Translations under genes and position numbers: made by a program
Notes under the pieces: model-generated
Seen by the model: only the letters and a program-made list of their open reading frames with translations
Told to the model about the DNA's origin: nothing
Databases searched by the model: none
In this document: in pieces, positions 24,583 through 32,000 of the stretch
How the letters are laid out: each line of letters opens with the position of its first letter
How positions within the stretch are numbered: position 1 is the stretch's first letter
NCBI RefSeq assembly: GCF_000015025.1
Contig: NC_008578.1
Location: forward strand, 2,411,541 to 2,443,540
From: Acidothermus cellulolyticus 11B
Lineage (GTDB): Bacteria; Actinomycetota; Actinomycetes; Acidothermales; Acidothermaceae
DNA: 32,000 nucleotides
Reading direction: 5' to 3'

Positions 24583-25583
24583 TGAGCGACCTCGGACACG
24601 TTCTCGTCCTCGCCGGCGGTGTTTCCTTTGAGCGCGAGGTGTCCTTGGCGTCGGCCCGGCGCGTGATCGAAGCACTCCGGCGGTTAGGCGTGGACGTCGA
24701 CCTGGTCGACGTCGACGCGTCCGTCCTCGACCGCCTCACCGCTGATCCACCGGACGCGGTCTTCATCGCCATGCACGGTTCAGAAGGTGAGGACGGCGCC
24801 CTTCGGGAGCTGCTTGATCTGGCCGGCGTCCCGTACGTCGGAGCCACGGCGGCCGGTGCCCGGCTCGCGTTTGACAAGACGGTCGCGAAGGCCGTACTGC
24901 AAGCGGCCGGGGTGGCGGCGCCGAGGTCGATTGCGTTCTCGCAAACCGCCATTCGGGACTTGGGCGGGCACCAGCTCCTTGACCGATGCGTACGACGGCT
25001 CGGCTTACCTCTGGTTGTAAAACCTGCCCGAGGCGGTTCGGCGCTTGGCGTGACGATCGTGCGGGAGGCGACGGCGTTCGCGCACGCGCTGGTGACCTGC
25101 TTCGCGTATGACACCGTTGCTCTGGTCGAGCAGTACGTCGTCGGTACGGAGTTGGCGATCAGCGTTGTGGAAGATGACGACGGCACCCCGCGCGCGCTGC
25201 CTCCGGTTGAGATTCGGCCGGTCGACGGCATGTTTGATTACGCCGCCCGGTATACCGCGGGCATGACCGAATATCACGTACCCGCGAGGATCACAGAAAC
25301 CGCGCGGGACCGGGCGGTCGATGTCGCGCTGCGGGCGCATCAGGCGTTGGGGTTGCGGGACCTCTCCCGCACCGATGTGATCGTCACTGCCGACGACGAG
25401 GTCCTTTACCTTGAGACCAATGTCGCTCCGGGAATGACCCCGACAAGTCTGCTGCCGATGGCGGCTGCAGAGGTTGGGATAGACCTCGGCACGCTCTGCC
25501 GAGACCTTCTGGTCCGTGCAGCGACCCGTGGACCCAGTGAACCCGGCGCCGTCCCGAGTCGCTCACCCCAGGCTTTGCGGTGA
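24582..25583 (+). CDS. ddl: D-alanine--D-alanine ligase
   Basis: VLAGGVSFEREVSLASA, MHGSEGEDGALRELLDLAGVPYVG, FDKTVAK, LVVKPARGGSALGV and LETNVAPGMTPTSLLP form the Ddl/ATP-grasp pattern. The upstream part of the 492-aa ORF is rejected. Confidence 0.9.
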   Translation: MSDLGHVLVLAGGVSFEREVSLASARRVIEALRRLGVDVDLVDVDASVLDRLTADPPDAVFIAMHGSEGEDGALRELLDLAGVPYVGATAAGARLAFDKTVAKAVLQAAGVAAPRSIAFSQTAIRDLGGHQLLDRCVRRLGLPLVVKPARGGSALGVTIVREATAFAHALVTCFAYDTVALVEQYVVGTELAISVVEDDDGTPRALPPVEIRPVDGMFDYAARYTAGMTEYHVPARITETARDRAVDVALRAHQALGLRDLSRTDVIVTADDEVLYLETNVAPGMTPTSLLPMAAAEVGIDLGTLCRDLLVRAATRGPSEPGAVPSRSPQALR

Positions 25584-25781
25584 CGGCGTTCGCCAGCCGG
25601 CCGGGCTCTGTGAGCCGCCCGCGTGGCCAAGATGCGAAGACTGCGCTCCCGTGACACCGGGCGGGGCTGTTTATTCATGTTTGATGATCGACGAAACATC
25701 CGGCCCGGCGAAAGCAGCTGCTCGAACACGCGCCAGATGGGCCACCAAATAACCGTGAACTGGGAATTCCCGACGTCCAGA

Positions 25782-26711
25782 TCAGCTTCTTGCGCCATCC
25801 ACCGACACAGATGATGCGATCGATGGGGCGATCACACCGACGATGCGTTCTAGATCGTCAACTGAGGCGAATTCGATTGTGATCTTTCCGCGGTGCTTTC
25901 CCATGGTCACCTTGACCCGGGTCTCAAGTTGATCCGACAAGCGGTGTGCCAGTTCGGACACTGCCGGCGCAATGGGAGACGCAACCCGACGAGTTCGTGA
26001 ACGCGGCTGCTTTGTCGCGTCACCAAGCGCAACGAGTTCTTCGACCGCGCGAACCGATAGACCTTCAGCGACGATCCGCTGCGCCAATTCCTCCTGCGCT
26101 GTCGCATCATTCAGGGCCAGAAGCGCGCGAGCGTGTCCTGCGGTGAGAACACCGGCGGCGACTTTTCGCTGCACGGAGGGCGGCAAGTTCAGGAGCCGGA
26201 TCGTGTTCGTGACCTGAGAGCGAGATCGGCCGATTCGGCGGGCGAGTTCCTCGTGGGTGACGCCGAAGTCCTCCAGGAGTTGCGCATAAGCCGCCGCTTC
26301 CTCCAGGGGGTTGAGCTGTTCGCGGTGCAGATTCTCCAGCAATGCGTCTCGCAGCATGGCATCATCGGACGTCTCGCGGACGATTGCCGGTATCCGGTCA
26401 AGCCCGGCCTGCATCGCTGCGCGCCAACGACGTTCGCCGGTCACAAGCTCGTATCCGTGGTCATGCGGACGAACGACCACCGGCTGAAGAAATCCAACCT
26501 CACGAAGCGACTGAGCAAGCTCCGCCAACGACGTCTCGTCGAATATCTGCCGAGGTTGTCGGGGATTGGGGCGGATCTCGTCGACAGGAATTTCCGCCAA
26601 CCGGACACCTGCGACCGGTGCCAAGTGTCGATCTCCATCGCTCTGCGACTCGTAGGTCCCGCCTGGTATCAGGGCACCGAGTCCTCGACCAAGGCCTCGA
26701 CGAGTGGTCAT
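25782..26711 (-). CDS. parB: chromosome partitioning protein ParB
   Basis: [17 protein letters not shown]-terminus, [25 protein letters not shown] (ParB box) and the HTH segment [25 protein letters not shown] at 26711 has GGAAGGA upstream. The ATG at 26747 is an alternative. Confidence 0.93.
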   Translation of the reverse strand: MTTRRGLGRGLGALIPGGTYESQSDGDRHLAPVAGVRLAEIPVDEIRPNPRQPRQIFDETSLAELAQSLREVGFLQPVVVRPHDHGYELVTGERRWRAAMQAGLDRIPAIVRETSDDAMLRDALLENLHREQLNPLEEAAAYAQLLEDFGVTHEELARRIGRSRSQVTNTIRLLNLPPSVQRKVAAGVLTAGHARALLALNDATAQEELAQRIVAEGLSVRAVEELVALGDATKQPRSRTRRVASPIAPAVSELAHRLSDQLETRVKVTMGKHRGKITIEFASVDDLERIVGVIAPSIASSVSVDGARS

Positions 26712-26823
26712 GGTCTGTCCTTCCGTCTTCTCCCGCCACACGGACATGTGCGGCTGCGCACCCGGTAGGGCATATCACCGCAGCGGTCTGCGGCAGCGGT
26801 TCGACGCGATGACGGGTACATCC

Positions 26824-26871
26824 CTCCTGGGAAGGCTGTCATCGCACTTCCTGGGAAGGCTGTCATCGCAC
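26824..26871. repeat. 24-bp tandem duplication x2 in the parA-parB spacer
   Basis: CTCCTGGGAAGGCTGTCATCGCAC / TTCCTGGGAAGGCTGTCATCGCAC (23 of 24 identical). Confidence 0.9.
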
Positions 26872-26880
26872 CCCGCGACC

Positions 26881-26952
26881 TACATTCCGCGGTGCTCGGG
26901 CGCTGCGCTTCACATTCCGCGGTGCTCGGGCGCCGTGGCTTGCCCATTCCGC
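26881..26952. repeat. 30-bp tandem duplication x2.4 abutting the parA stop codon
   Basis: TACATTCCGCGGTGCTCGGGCGCTGCGCTT / CACATTCCGCGGTGCTCGGGCGCCGTGGCT / TGCCCATTCCGC. A 22-bp core is identical in copies 1 and 2. Confidence 0.9.
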
Positions 26953-27891
26953 TCACCATGGTCGATCTGAAGCGCTGGCGGTACCAGAGAACGACTGATC
27001 ATTTGGGGCACCCTCAGCTCGAGCCGCCCGTTCGGCGATCTCCCGCGCGGCACTGAGGTAGCAGAGTGCCCCGGCGGAGCCGGGATCGTACGTCATCACG
27101 GTCTGCCCAAAGCTGGGCGCTTCCGAAATGCGAACGTTCCGTGGAATCACGGTGTCCAGCACCAAGTCCTTGAAATAGCGCCGCACATCGTCCGCGACTT
27201 GCGCCGCAAGCTTGGTCCTCCCGTCGTACATCGTGAGGATCACGGTAGATACGCGAAGGGCAGGGTTCAGGTGGGCCCGCACGAGCTCGATGTTCCGGAG
27301 CAGCTGGCCCAACCCTTCGAGGGCGTAGTACTCGCACTGAATCGGTATGAGCACTTCCTCCGCCGCAACCAAGGCATTGACAGTCAAGAGGCCGAGCGAT
27401 GGCGGGCAGTCGATGAAAACGTAATCAGCGGGGAGGGCGGCCTCAGCGAGTGCTCGTTTCAGGCGTGATTCACGTGCGACCAACGACACGAGCTCGATCT
27501 CCGCACCAGCAAGATCGATAGTCGCCGGGACGCACGTCAGACCGGGTACGTCCGGAACGTTTCGCGCAACCTCCGCGAGTGGACGTCCCTCGATGAGAAC
27601 GTCATAGACAGACGGGATAGATGCATGGTGATCAATCCCTAGAGCGGTGGACGCATTACCTTGGGGGTCCAAGTCGACAACGGTGACACGTAGACCGCGC
27701 ATTGCCATCGCCGCCGCAACGTTGACGGCCGTCGTGGTCTTGCCAACGCCGCCCTTCTGATTTGCGACCGTGACGATCCTCGGTCGCGCCGGTCGAGGAA
27801 ACGGATCAAAACCCAAGACCCGTACGGCAGTTGCCGCCTCCTGGGCAATCGGAGGGTCGTCGGTTTCACGTGAAACAAACGGCTCGCTCAC
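26953..27891 (-). CDS. parA: chromosome partitioning ATPase ParA (Soj)
   Basis: Deviant Walker A VANQKGGVGKTTTAVN. GTG start at 27891 has GGGAGGTG upstream. A parS site is embedded in codons 5-10. Confidence 0.95.
   Translation of the reverse strand: MSEPFVSRETDDPPIAQEAATAVRVLGFDPFPRPARPRIVTVANQKGGVGKTTTAVNVAAAMAMRGLRVTVVDLDPQGNASTALGIDHHASIPSVYDVLIEGRPLAEVARNVPDVPGLTCVPATIDLAGAEIELVSLVARESRLKRALAEAALPADYVFIDCPPSLGLLTVNALVAAEEVLIPIQCEYYALEGLGQLLRNIELVRAHLNPALRVSTVILTMYDGRTKLAAQVADDVRRYFKDLVLDTVIPRNVRISEAPSFGQTVMTYDPGSAGALCYLSAAREIAERAARAEGAPNDQSFSGTASASDRPW
27862..27877. promoter_or_regulatory. parS: parS centromere-like site
   Basis: GGTTTCACGTGAAACA matches the bacterial parS consensus TGTTTCACGTGAAACA at 15 of 16 positions. 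The 14-bp palindrome is perfect. It lies inside the 5' end of parA. Confidence 0.85.
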
Positions 27892-28331
27892 GACACCTCC
27901 CTTCCGCAGCCCGATGCCAGCCTAGCGATGCCGCATTCCCCGCCGGCTGCGCTGTCCACACCGTTTCTGAGTCGACTCGACCGGCACAGCAGGTGCTGAA
28001 GCACTGGTCGCAGGATCATCCTCCGCGCATCTCCCTCCGACACGCTCTGATCTCGAGCTGTCCGTCCCTACGAGCCCATCTGCGCGTGGCATACGACCGA
28101 ATCGGACACAGACTTGCGCTCAGCCACTTGAGGGCGGCGTCCTTCTTCGGCGGCACATGACTGGACCGGACACAGGGTCGCCCTGTCCGTCCCCGCGGGC
28201 CGACCTGCATACCTGCCGTTGCGGTCAACACAACGTCCGGATGACGTGGGTCCCGCGGGCGTGACCCAGCGCCTGGTGCTGCTTTGACGACCGACCCTCG
28301 CACCTTTCCCCAACCACGACGTCCCGGGGTC

Positions 28332-29000
28332 TCACTGCTTGATGACTCGAACGACGGTCGCCCACCGACGATCATTGGAAGCGTCGGCGTCACGCTGAAC
28401 CGTCAGCTGCCCGGCAACTGCCCGAACGGTGAGCACCTCCACGCCGGGCTGATAGCCGAGTTTCGCCAGCAGGTGCTCCGCGGCGTGGACCTCCTGCCAC
28501 ACACGCGCACCCTTCAGCGCAAGAAGCACTCCACCTGGTTCAAGCAAATGCGCCACGTTCTTCACCAGCCGCGGCAATGGAGCGACTGCCCGGGCTGTCA
28601 CCACCGGCGCGGTGCAGGCGACGTTCTCTGCCCGGGAATTCTCGACCGTAACGTCACGCAAGCCTAGGTCAGCGACGACCTCTCGAAGAAAAGCCGTACG
28701 GCGGCTCATCGCCTCAATGAGCAGAACCTCGAGATCGGGTCGTGCGAGAGCTAACACTATTCCGGGCAGGCCGGCACCTGACCCGACGTCGATGACCCGC
28801 TGATCCACTGGGATAAGAGGAGCGAGAGCGGCGCAATTGGCGATGTGCCGCTCCCAGAGGCGGTCAACCTCCGCCGGGCCGATGAGTCCCCGCTCCAGGC
28901 CGGCCGTGGACAGCCACTCGACGTAACGCACAACGAGCGGCCATCGCACGCCGAACAGGTGTCGAAGAGTCTCAGCCTCCTCGTTGCTTCCCACGTTCAT
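28332..29000 (-). CDS. rsmG: 16S rRNA (guanine527-N7)-methyltransferase RsmG (GidB)
   Basis: LIGPAEVDRLWERHIANCA and the SAM loop VIDVGSGAGLPGIVLA. Position between jag and parA. Confidence 0.92.
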   Translation of the reverse strand: MNVGSNEEAETLRHLFGVRWPLVVRYVEWLSTAGLERGLIGPAEVDRLWERHIANCAALAPLIPVDQRVIDVGSGAGLPGIVLALARPDLEVLLIEAMSRRTAFLREVVADLGLRDVTVENSRAENVACTAPVVTARAVAPLPRLVKNVAHLLEPGGVLLALKGARVWQEVHAAEHLLAKLGYQPGVEVLTVRAVAGQLTVQRDADASNDRRWATVVRVIKQ

Positions 29001-29049
29001 CGACGCACCCGAACCGCCACTGCATCCCAGCCGCAGCAGCCGACAACGA

Positions 29050-29649
29050 TCACAGGTAGGGATCGTCGACCAGCGTCACGCCGTCGATCTCGGTTGGGTA
29101 CACGACGACCCGACGGTCCGGCTCGGTTCCCTCGGACTCGCTCCGCAACCCAGCCGCGGCAACGACATCATGCACGATCTTTCGCTCGTACGCTGTCATG
29201 GGCTGCAGGCGGACTGGTTGACCCGTTTCCTGCACCCGCGCCACAGCCTCCCGTGCGGTTTCGGCAATCTCCTTACGACGCCGCGCGCGATAGCCGGCGA
29301 TATCAAGAATGAGGCGACTTCTTACCCCGGTCCGCCTGGCTACTGCGATGCGCGTAAGTTCCTGCAATGCGTCAAGGACGGTGCCGCCCCGCCCGATGAG
29401 CTGACGCAAGTCCGAGCCGACGATCGACACCATGGCCCGGTCACCTTCAACGGCCATATCGATGTCGCCGTCGGCGTCCAGGATGTCGAGAAATCCTTCG
29501 AGATAGTCGGCGGCGAATTCGCCTTCCTGTTCCAGCTGGCTCAACCGCCGGTTGTCCGAGAGCGCCTCCCCCTCGTGAGCTGCGCCGCCTCCCGCAGACT
29601 GTTCACCGGTTGCGTCGTCCGTCGGTTCCACGACGTGGTTGTCCTGCAT
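29050..29649 (-). CDS. jag: Jag/KhpB RNA-binding protein (KH + R3H domains)
   Basis: LIGRGGTVLDALQELTRIAV (KH-like) and PMTAYERKIVHDVVAAAGLRSESEGTEPDRRVVVYP (R3H). ATG at 29649 has AGGAGG upstream. Confidence 0.88.
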   Translation of the reverse strand: MQDNHVVEPTDDATGEQSAGGGAAHEGEALSDNRRLSQLEQEGEFAADYLEGFLDILDADGDIDMAVEGDRAMVSIVGSDLRQLIGRGGTVLDALQELTRIAVARRTGVRSRLILDIAGYRARRRKEIAETAREAVARVQETGQPVRLQPMTAYERKIVHDVVAAAGLRSESEGTEPDRRVVVYPTEIDGVTLVDDPYL

Positions 29650-29695
29650 AGCGCCTCCTATCGTCTGCGCTCTCCAGTCAGCCGTCGCACGGCTA

Positions 29696-30643
29696 CTAGC
29701 GCGCACTGCCCGGCCGTTGCGGCCGACGGCCGCTGCGCTTGCTGCGCGGCGGCCGGGTGACCTGCTGCCGGCGAATCACCACCGGTGCGGCAGCCTGCGT
29801 AGAAGCCGTAAGTCTCCGTTGATCGCCGGATGGAGCCGTACCACCCGGGCCCTTGATCGGCATGGTGCGGATGATGTAGTGCTGCTGCCCGAGCGACCAC
29901 AGGTTGCTGGTGACCCAGTACACCAGGACACCCATCTGCCAGAGCAGTCCTGACAGGGCAAAAATCGGCGGCAGCACGTACAACAGCATTTTCTGCTGCT
30001 GTGCCATCGGATTACCGGCTGCGGCGTTCTTCACGATGAGTTGCCGCTGAGTGAGAAACGTCGTCGTGGCCATCGCGAGGATAGCGAGCAATGTGACGAC
30101 GTGAACGGTCGTCGAATCCGCACCGAACATGGGAGCACGGTCGGCCGTCCGGAAGCCGAGCGCAAGCGGCACACCGAATACCTTGGCGTGCCCGGCGCTC
30201 TGCAGGAGGGAAACCGTCCAGCCATATTCCGGATGGAAGCCGGCTGGAGGCTTGCTGCTCCCGTGATCCGACACGTACCGCAGCACATGAAACAGTGCGT
30301 AAAAGACAGGAGCCTGCGCCAGAATCGGAAGGCAGCCCATGAACGGGTTCACGCCGTGCTCCCGATAGAGCGCCATTGTTTCGGTCCCGAGGCGCTCCCG
30401 GTCGTTCTTGTACTTCGCTTGCAACTCTTTGAGCTTCGGTGCAAGCTCCGTCATCGCGCGCTGTGATCTGACCTGCTTGACAAAGAGGGGAAAGAGCAGA
30501 ATACGGACGATCACGGTGAGGAGCACAACGGAGAGGCCCCACGTGACGCCGCTGCTTGTTCCAAACGCCGGAGCGAGAGCGGCGTGCAGCGCGAGTAGGA
30601 CCCTGGTGACGAGCTCATAAAGCCAGTTCAGTAGGTGCGGCAC
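29696..30643 (-). CDS. yidC: membrane protein insertase YidC
   Basis: [51 protein letters not shown]...[22 protein letters not shown] is the canonical YidC/Oxa1 core. GTG at 30643 overlaps the yidD end by 16 nt. Confidence 0.92.
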   Translation of the reverse strand: MPHLLNWLYELVTRVLLALHAALAPAFGTSSGVTWGLSVVLLTVIVRILLFPLFVKQVRSQRAMTELAPKLKELQAKYKNDRERLGTETMALYREHGVNPFMGCLPILAQAPVFYALFHVLRYVSDHGSSKPPAGFHPEYGWTVSLLQSAGHAKVFGVPLALGFRTADRAPMFGADSTTVHVVTLLAILAMATTTFLTQRQLIVKNAAAGNPMAQQQKMLLYVLPPIFALSGLLWQMGVLVYWVTSNLWSLGQQHYIIRTMPIKGPGGTAPSGDQRRLTASTQAAAPVVIRRQQVTRPPRSKRSGRRPQRPGSAR

Positions 30644-30960
30644 GGCGCAACCCCTTCGTCAGGTGTGGCCGAGACCCGCTGTGGGCTTTTCGTTGTCCGG
30701 CGCGGGGGAACCGGGTCGAACCCTCCCGGATGCCAAGGATGGCAGCGTAACAGCCGGCGAGTACTGAGCCAGCCTCCCCGCAGCACGCCGTGGCGGATGA
30801 TCGCCTCCACCGCATACGCGCTGCAGCTCGGCACGAACCGGCACCTCGGTCCAAGCAGCGGGCTGATGACGATCTGATATCCGCGAATGGGGAGCACGAC
30901 CAGAGCGGTCAGCGGCCGTCGCACCACAATCGACGACAACTTTGGCAAGCGGGCATCCAT
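30628..30960 (-). CDS. yidD: membrane protein insertion efficiency factor YidD
   Basis: [58 protein letters not shown] is the YidD signature. Its start overlaps the rnpA stop (TGATG). Confidence 0.9.
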   Translation of the reverse strand: MDARLPKLSSIVVRRPLTALVVLPIRGYQIVISPLLGPRCRFVPSCSAYAVEAIIRHGVLRGGWLSTRRLLRCHPWHPGGFDPVPPRRTTKSPQRVSATPDEGVAPCRTY

Positions 30961-31322
30961 CAGCTAGTCCCTTGGGAGTTCTTGGTCTGCGTCAGTCGTC
31001 CCAGCAGGCGATCGAATTCAGCAGCGAGTTCAGCAAAGGACGCGGCAGCGGCGGCCGGCAACGCACGGACGACGATACGTTTCCGAGCGGGAATCACCGC
31101 CAACCGCGCGGCAACAATGTGGCGCAACCGTCGCCGGATTCGATTCCGGACGACAGCGCCGCCGACGTTGCGGCCGACAACGAATCCCGCCTGAGGGCCA
31201 GGCCGGTCTGTGTCGGACGTACTGAGATAAACCACGATGTATCGCCCAGCTACCCTCCGGCCACGCCGGAGCACCGCCTTGAAGTCGCTGCTCCGGCGCA
31301 ACCGGTAACGGGACGGCAGCAT
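30960..31322 (-). CDS. rnpA: ribonuclease P protein component
   Basis: [24 protein letters not shown]...[19 protein letters not shown] carries the RNR motif. It lies 52 bp downstream of rpmH. Confidence 0.9.
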   Translation of the reverse strand: MLPSRYRLRRSSDFKAVLRRGRRVAGRYIVVYLSTSDTDRPGPQAGFVVGRNVGGAVVRNRIRRRLRHIVAARLAVIPARKRIVVRALPAAAAASFAELAAEFDRLLGRLTQTKNSQGTS

Positions 31323-31374
31323 GGCAGCGTTTCGCGGTCCATGACCGGTAGATCCTTAATAGGACTCTGTGGCG

Positions 31375-31512
31375 CTACGCCGTCAGCTCCCGCCGTCCCT
31401 TGCGCCGGCGGGCGGCGATGATCGCTCGCCCTGCTCGAGTGCGCATCCGGACGCGAAAGCCGTGCGTCTTGGCCCGGCGACGATTATTCGGTTGATACGT
31501 GCGCTTGCTCAC
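31375..31512 (-). CDS. rpmH: 50S ribosomal protein L34 (bL34)
   Basis: Not in the ORF track (45 codons). Reading the minus strand from GTG at 31512 gives [45 protein letters not shown] followed by a stop (TAG at 31377-31375). Confidence 0.93.
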   Translation of the reverse strand: MSKRTYQPNNRRRAKTHGFRVRMRTRAGRAIIAARRRKGRRELTA

Positions 31513-32000
31513 TGCCACTCCAAGATTCTTGTTCTGCGGCCGGCGACCCAGCGACGTTGCCGTCAGCGGCGTCTACGTCAGGGTACGACGAAGCCACCCC
31601 GGGCCAAACCGCACCCGGTGCACATCCGGACCGCGCCTGTCAACCCTAGCGAACGTGTTATGACCCTGTCGGTCAAGGACCGCATCTTCATCAGCTGGGT
31701 GAACTGAACCTAGCCAGCGTTCTCCAACCTTATCGGTCAAGAAGACGAGATGGCCGAGCATCGGTCAACGAGAAGAGGTGGTCGAGCCGCTGAGGTCGCT
31801 CACGGGTTGTGGAGAAGTGCTTGTCGAGCATGCGTGCCTCCTGCTAGCGTCCGGTCCACCGACCCGTTCCGCCTCTGGTGCGGCCGGAATACCGGCGGTC
31901 CAGGGCCGATGAGTGATCCAGCACGCGCCACATACGCTGGCGTTGCCGGAGTCCGTCCTGTGGATGGCCTGTGAACATCTTGCAGGACGAACGGGACAGT
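31513..32000. promoter_or_regulatory. rpmH-dnaA intergenic region (divergent promoters; dnaA itself lies beyond the window end)
   Basis: No credible ORF and locally lower GC. DnaA-box-like 9-mers TGTGGAGAA (31808-31816) and TGTGGATGG (31959-31967). Three direct TCGGTCAA copies at 31669, 31733 and 31761. Confidence 0.6.

Noticed and set aside
27831-28393. ORFs 27831-28160 (+) and 28016-28393 (-) as genes filling the rsmG-parA gap.
   Set aside because: They overlap the parA 5' end or the rsmG 3' end, give low-complexity Arg/Ser/Pro-rich products, and have no RBS or family resemblance. The region is treated as non-coding.
1-32000. A search for tRNA or rRNA genes, CRISPR arrays, IS elements or transposases, integrases, prophage genes, toxin-antitoxin pairs and known defence-system signatures.
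   Set aside because: None was found by eye. There are no tRNA-like T-arm or anticodon-stem patterns, no regularly spaced repeat-spacer array (all repeats are contiguous duplications), and no DDE, tyrosine-recombinase or serine-recombinase-like translations. The window is conserved ori-proximal core DNA.
31513-32000. oriC itself lying within the window.
   Set aside because: In actinobacteria oriC lies between dnaA and dnaN, beyond the right end of the window. Only two weak DnaA-box-like 9-mers are present here, which fits a dnaA promoter rather than an origin.

Overview
This is a high-GC actinobacterial chromosome segment lying directly beside dnaA/oriC; the window ends inside the rpmH-dnaA spacer. 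I call 32 CDSs, and all but about three belong to recognisable families.

Gene order:
- rplI-rpsR-ssb-rpsF (minus strand)
- polytopic GT87/DUF2029-like membrane protein
- class A PBP
- DUF5318-like protein
- PadR regulator
- ino1
- cca
- orphan gene
- Rv3909/DUF6049-like exported protein
- murJ
- small membrane-anchored protein plus coiled-coil NlpC/P60 endopeptidase
- membrane pseudokinase
- ECF sigma plus ZAS anti-sigma
- trxB-trxA
- cwlM
- GNAT
- aminotransferase-ddl
- parB-parA-rsmG-jag-yidC-yidD-rnpA-rpmH

I saw no tRNA, rRNA, CRISPR array, transposase, integrase or phage gene. This is conserved ori-proximal core DNA enriched in cell-wall growth and regulation genes. I do not see a discrete new multi-gene system such as a defence island.

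The leads most worth a second look are:
1. murJ and its pseudokinase partner are separate genes, split by a translationally coupled two-gene hydrolase module that is bracketed by tandem repeats.
2. An orphan 212-codon gene sits where relatives carry a Nudix gene.
3. There is a clear excess of young, locus-specific 10-30 bp tandem duplications in nearly every longer intergenic spacer. Four of them span stop codons.
4. parA and parB are separated by an unusual 241-bp spacer built almost entirely of 24-bp and 30-bp tandem repeats.
5. The 440-bp rsmG-parA spacer is rich in motifs.

All family assignments come from reading the translations by eye. No database search was run.
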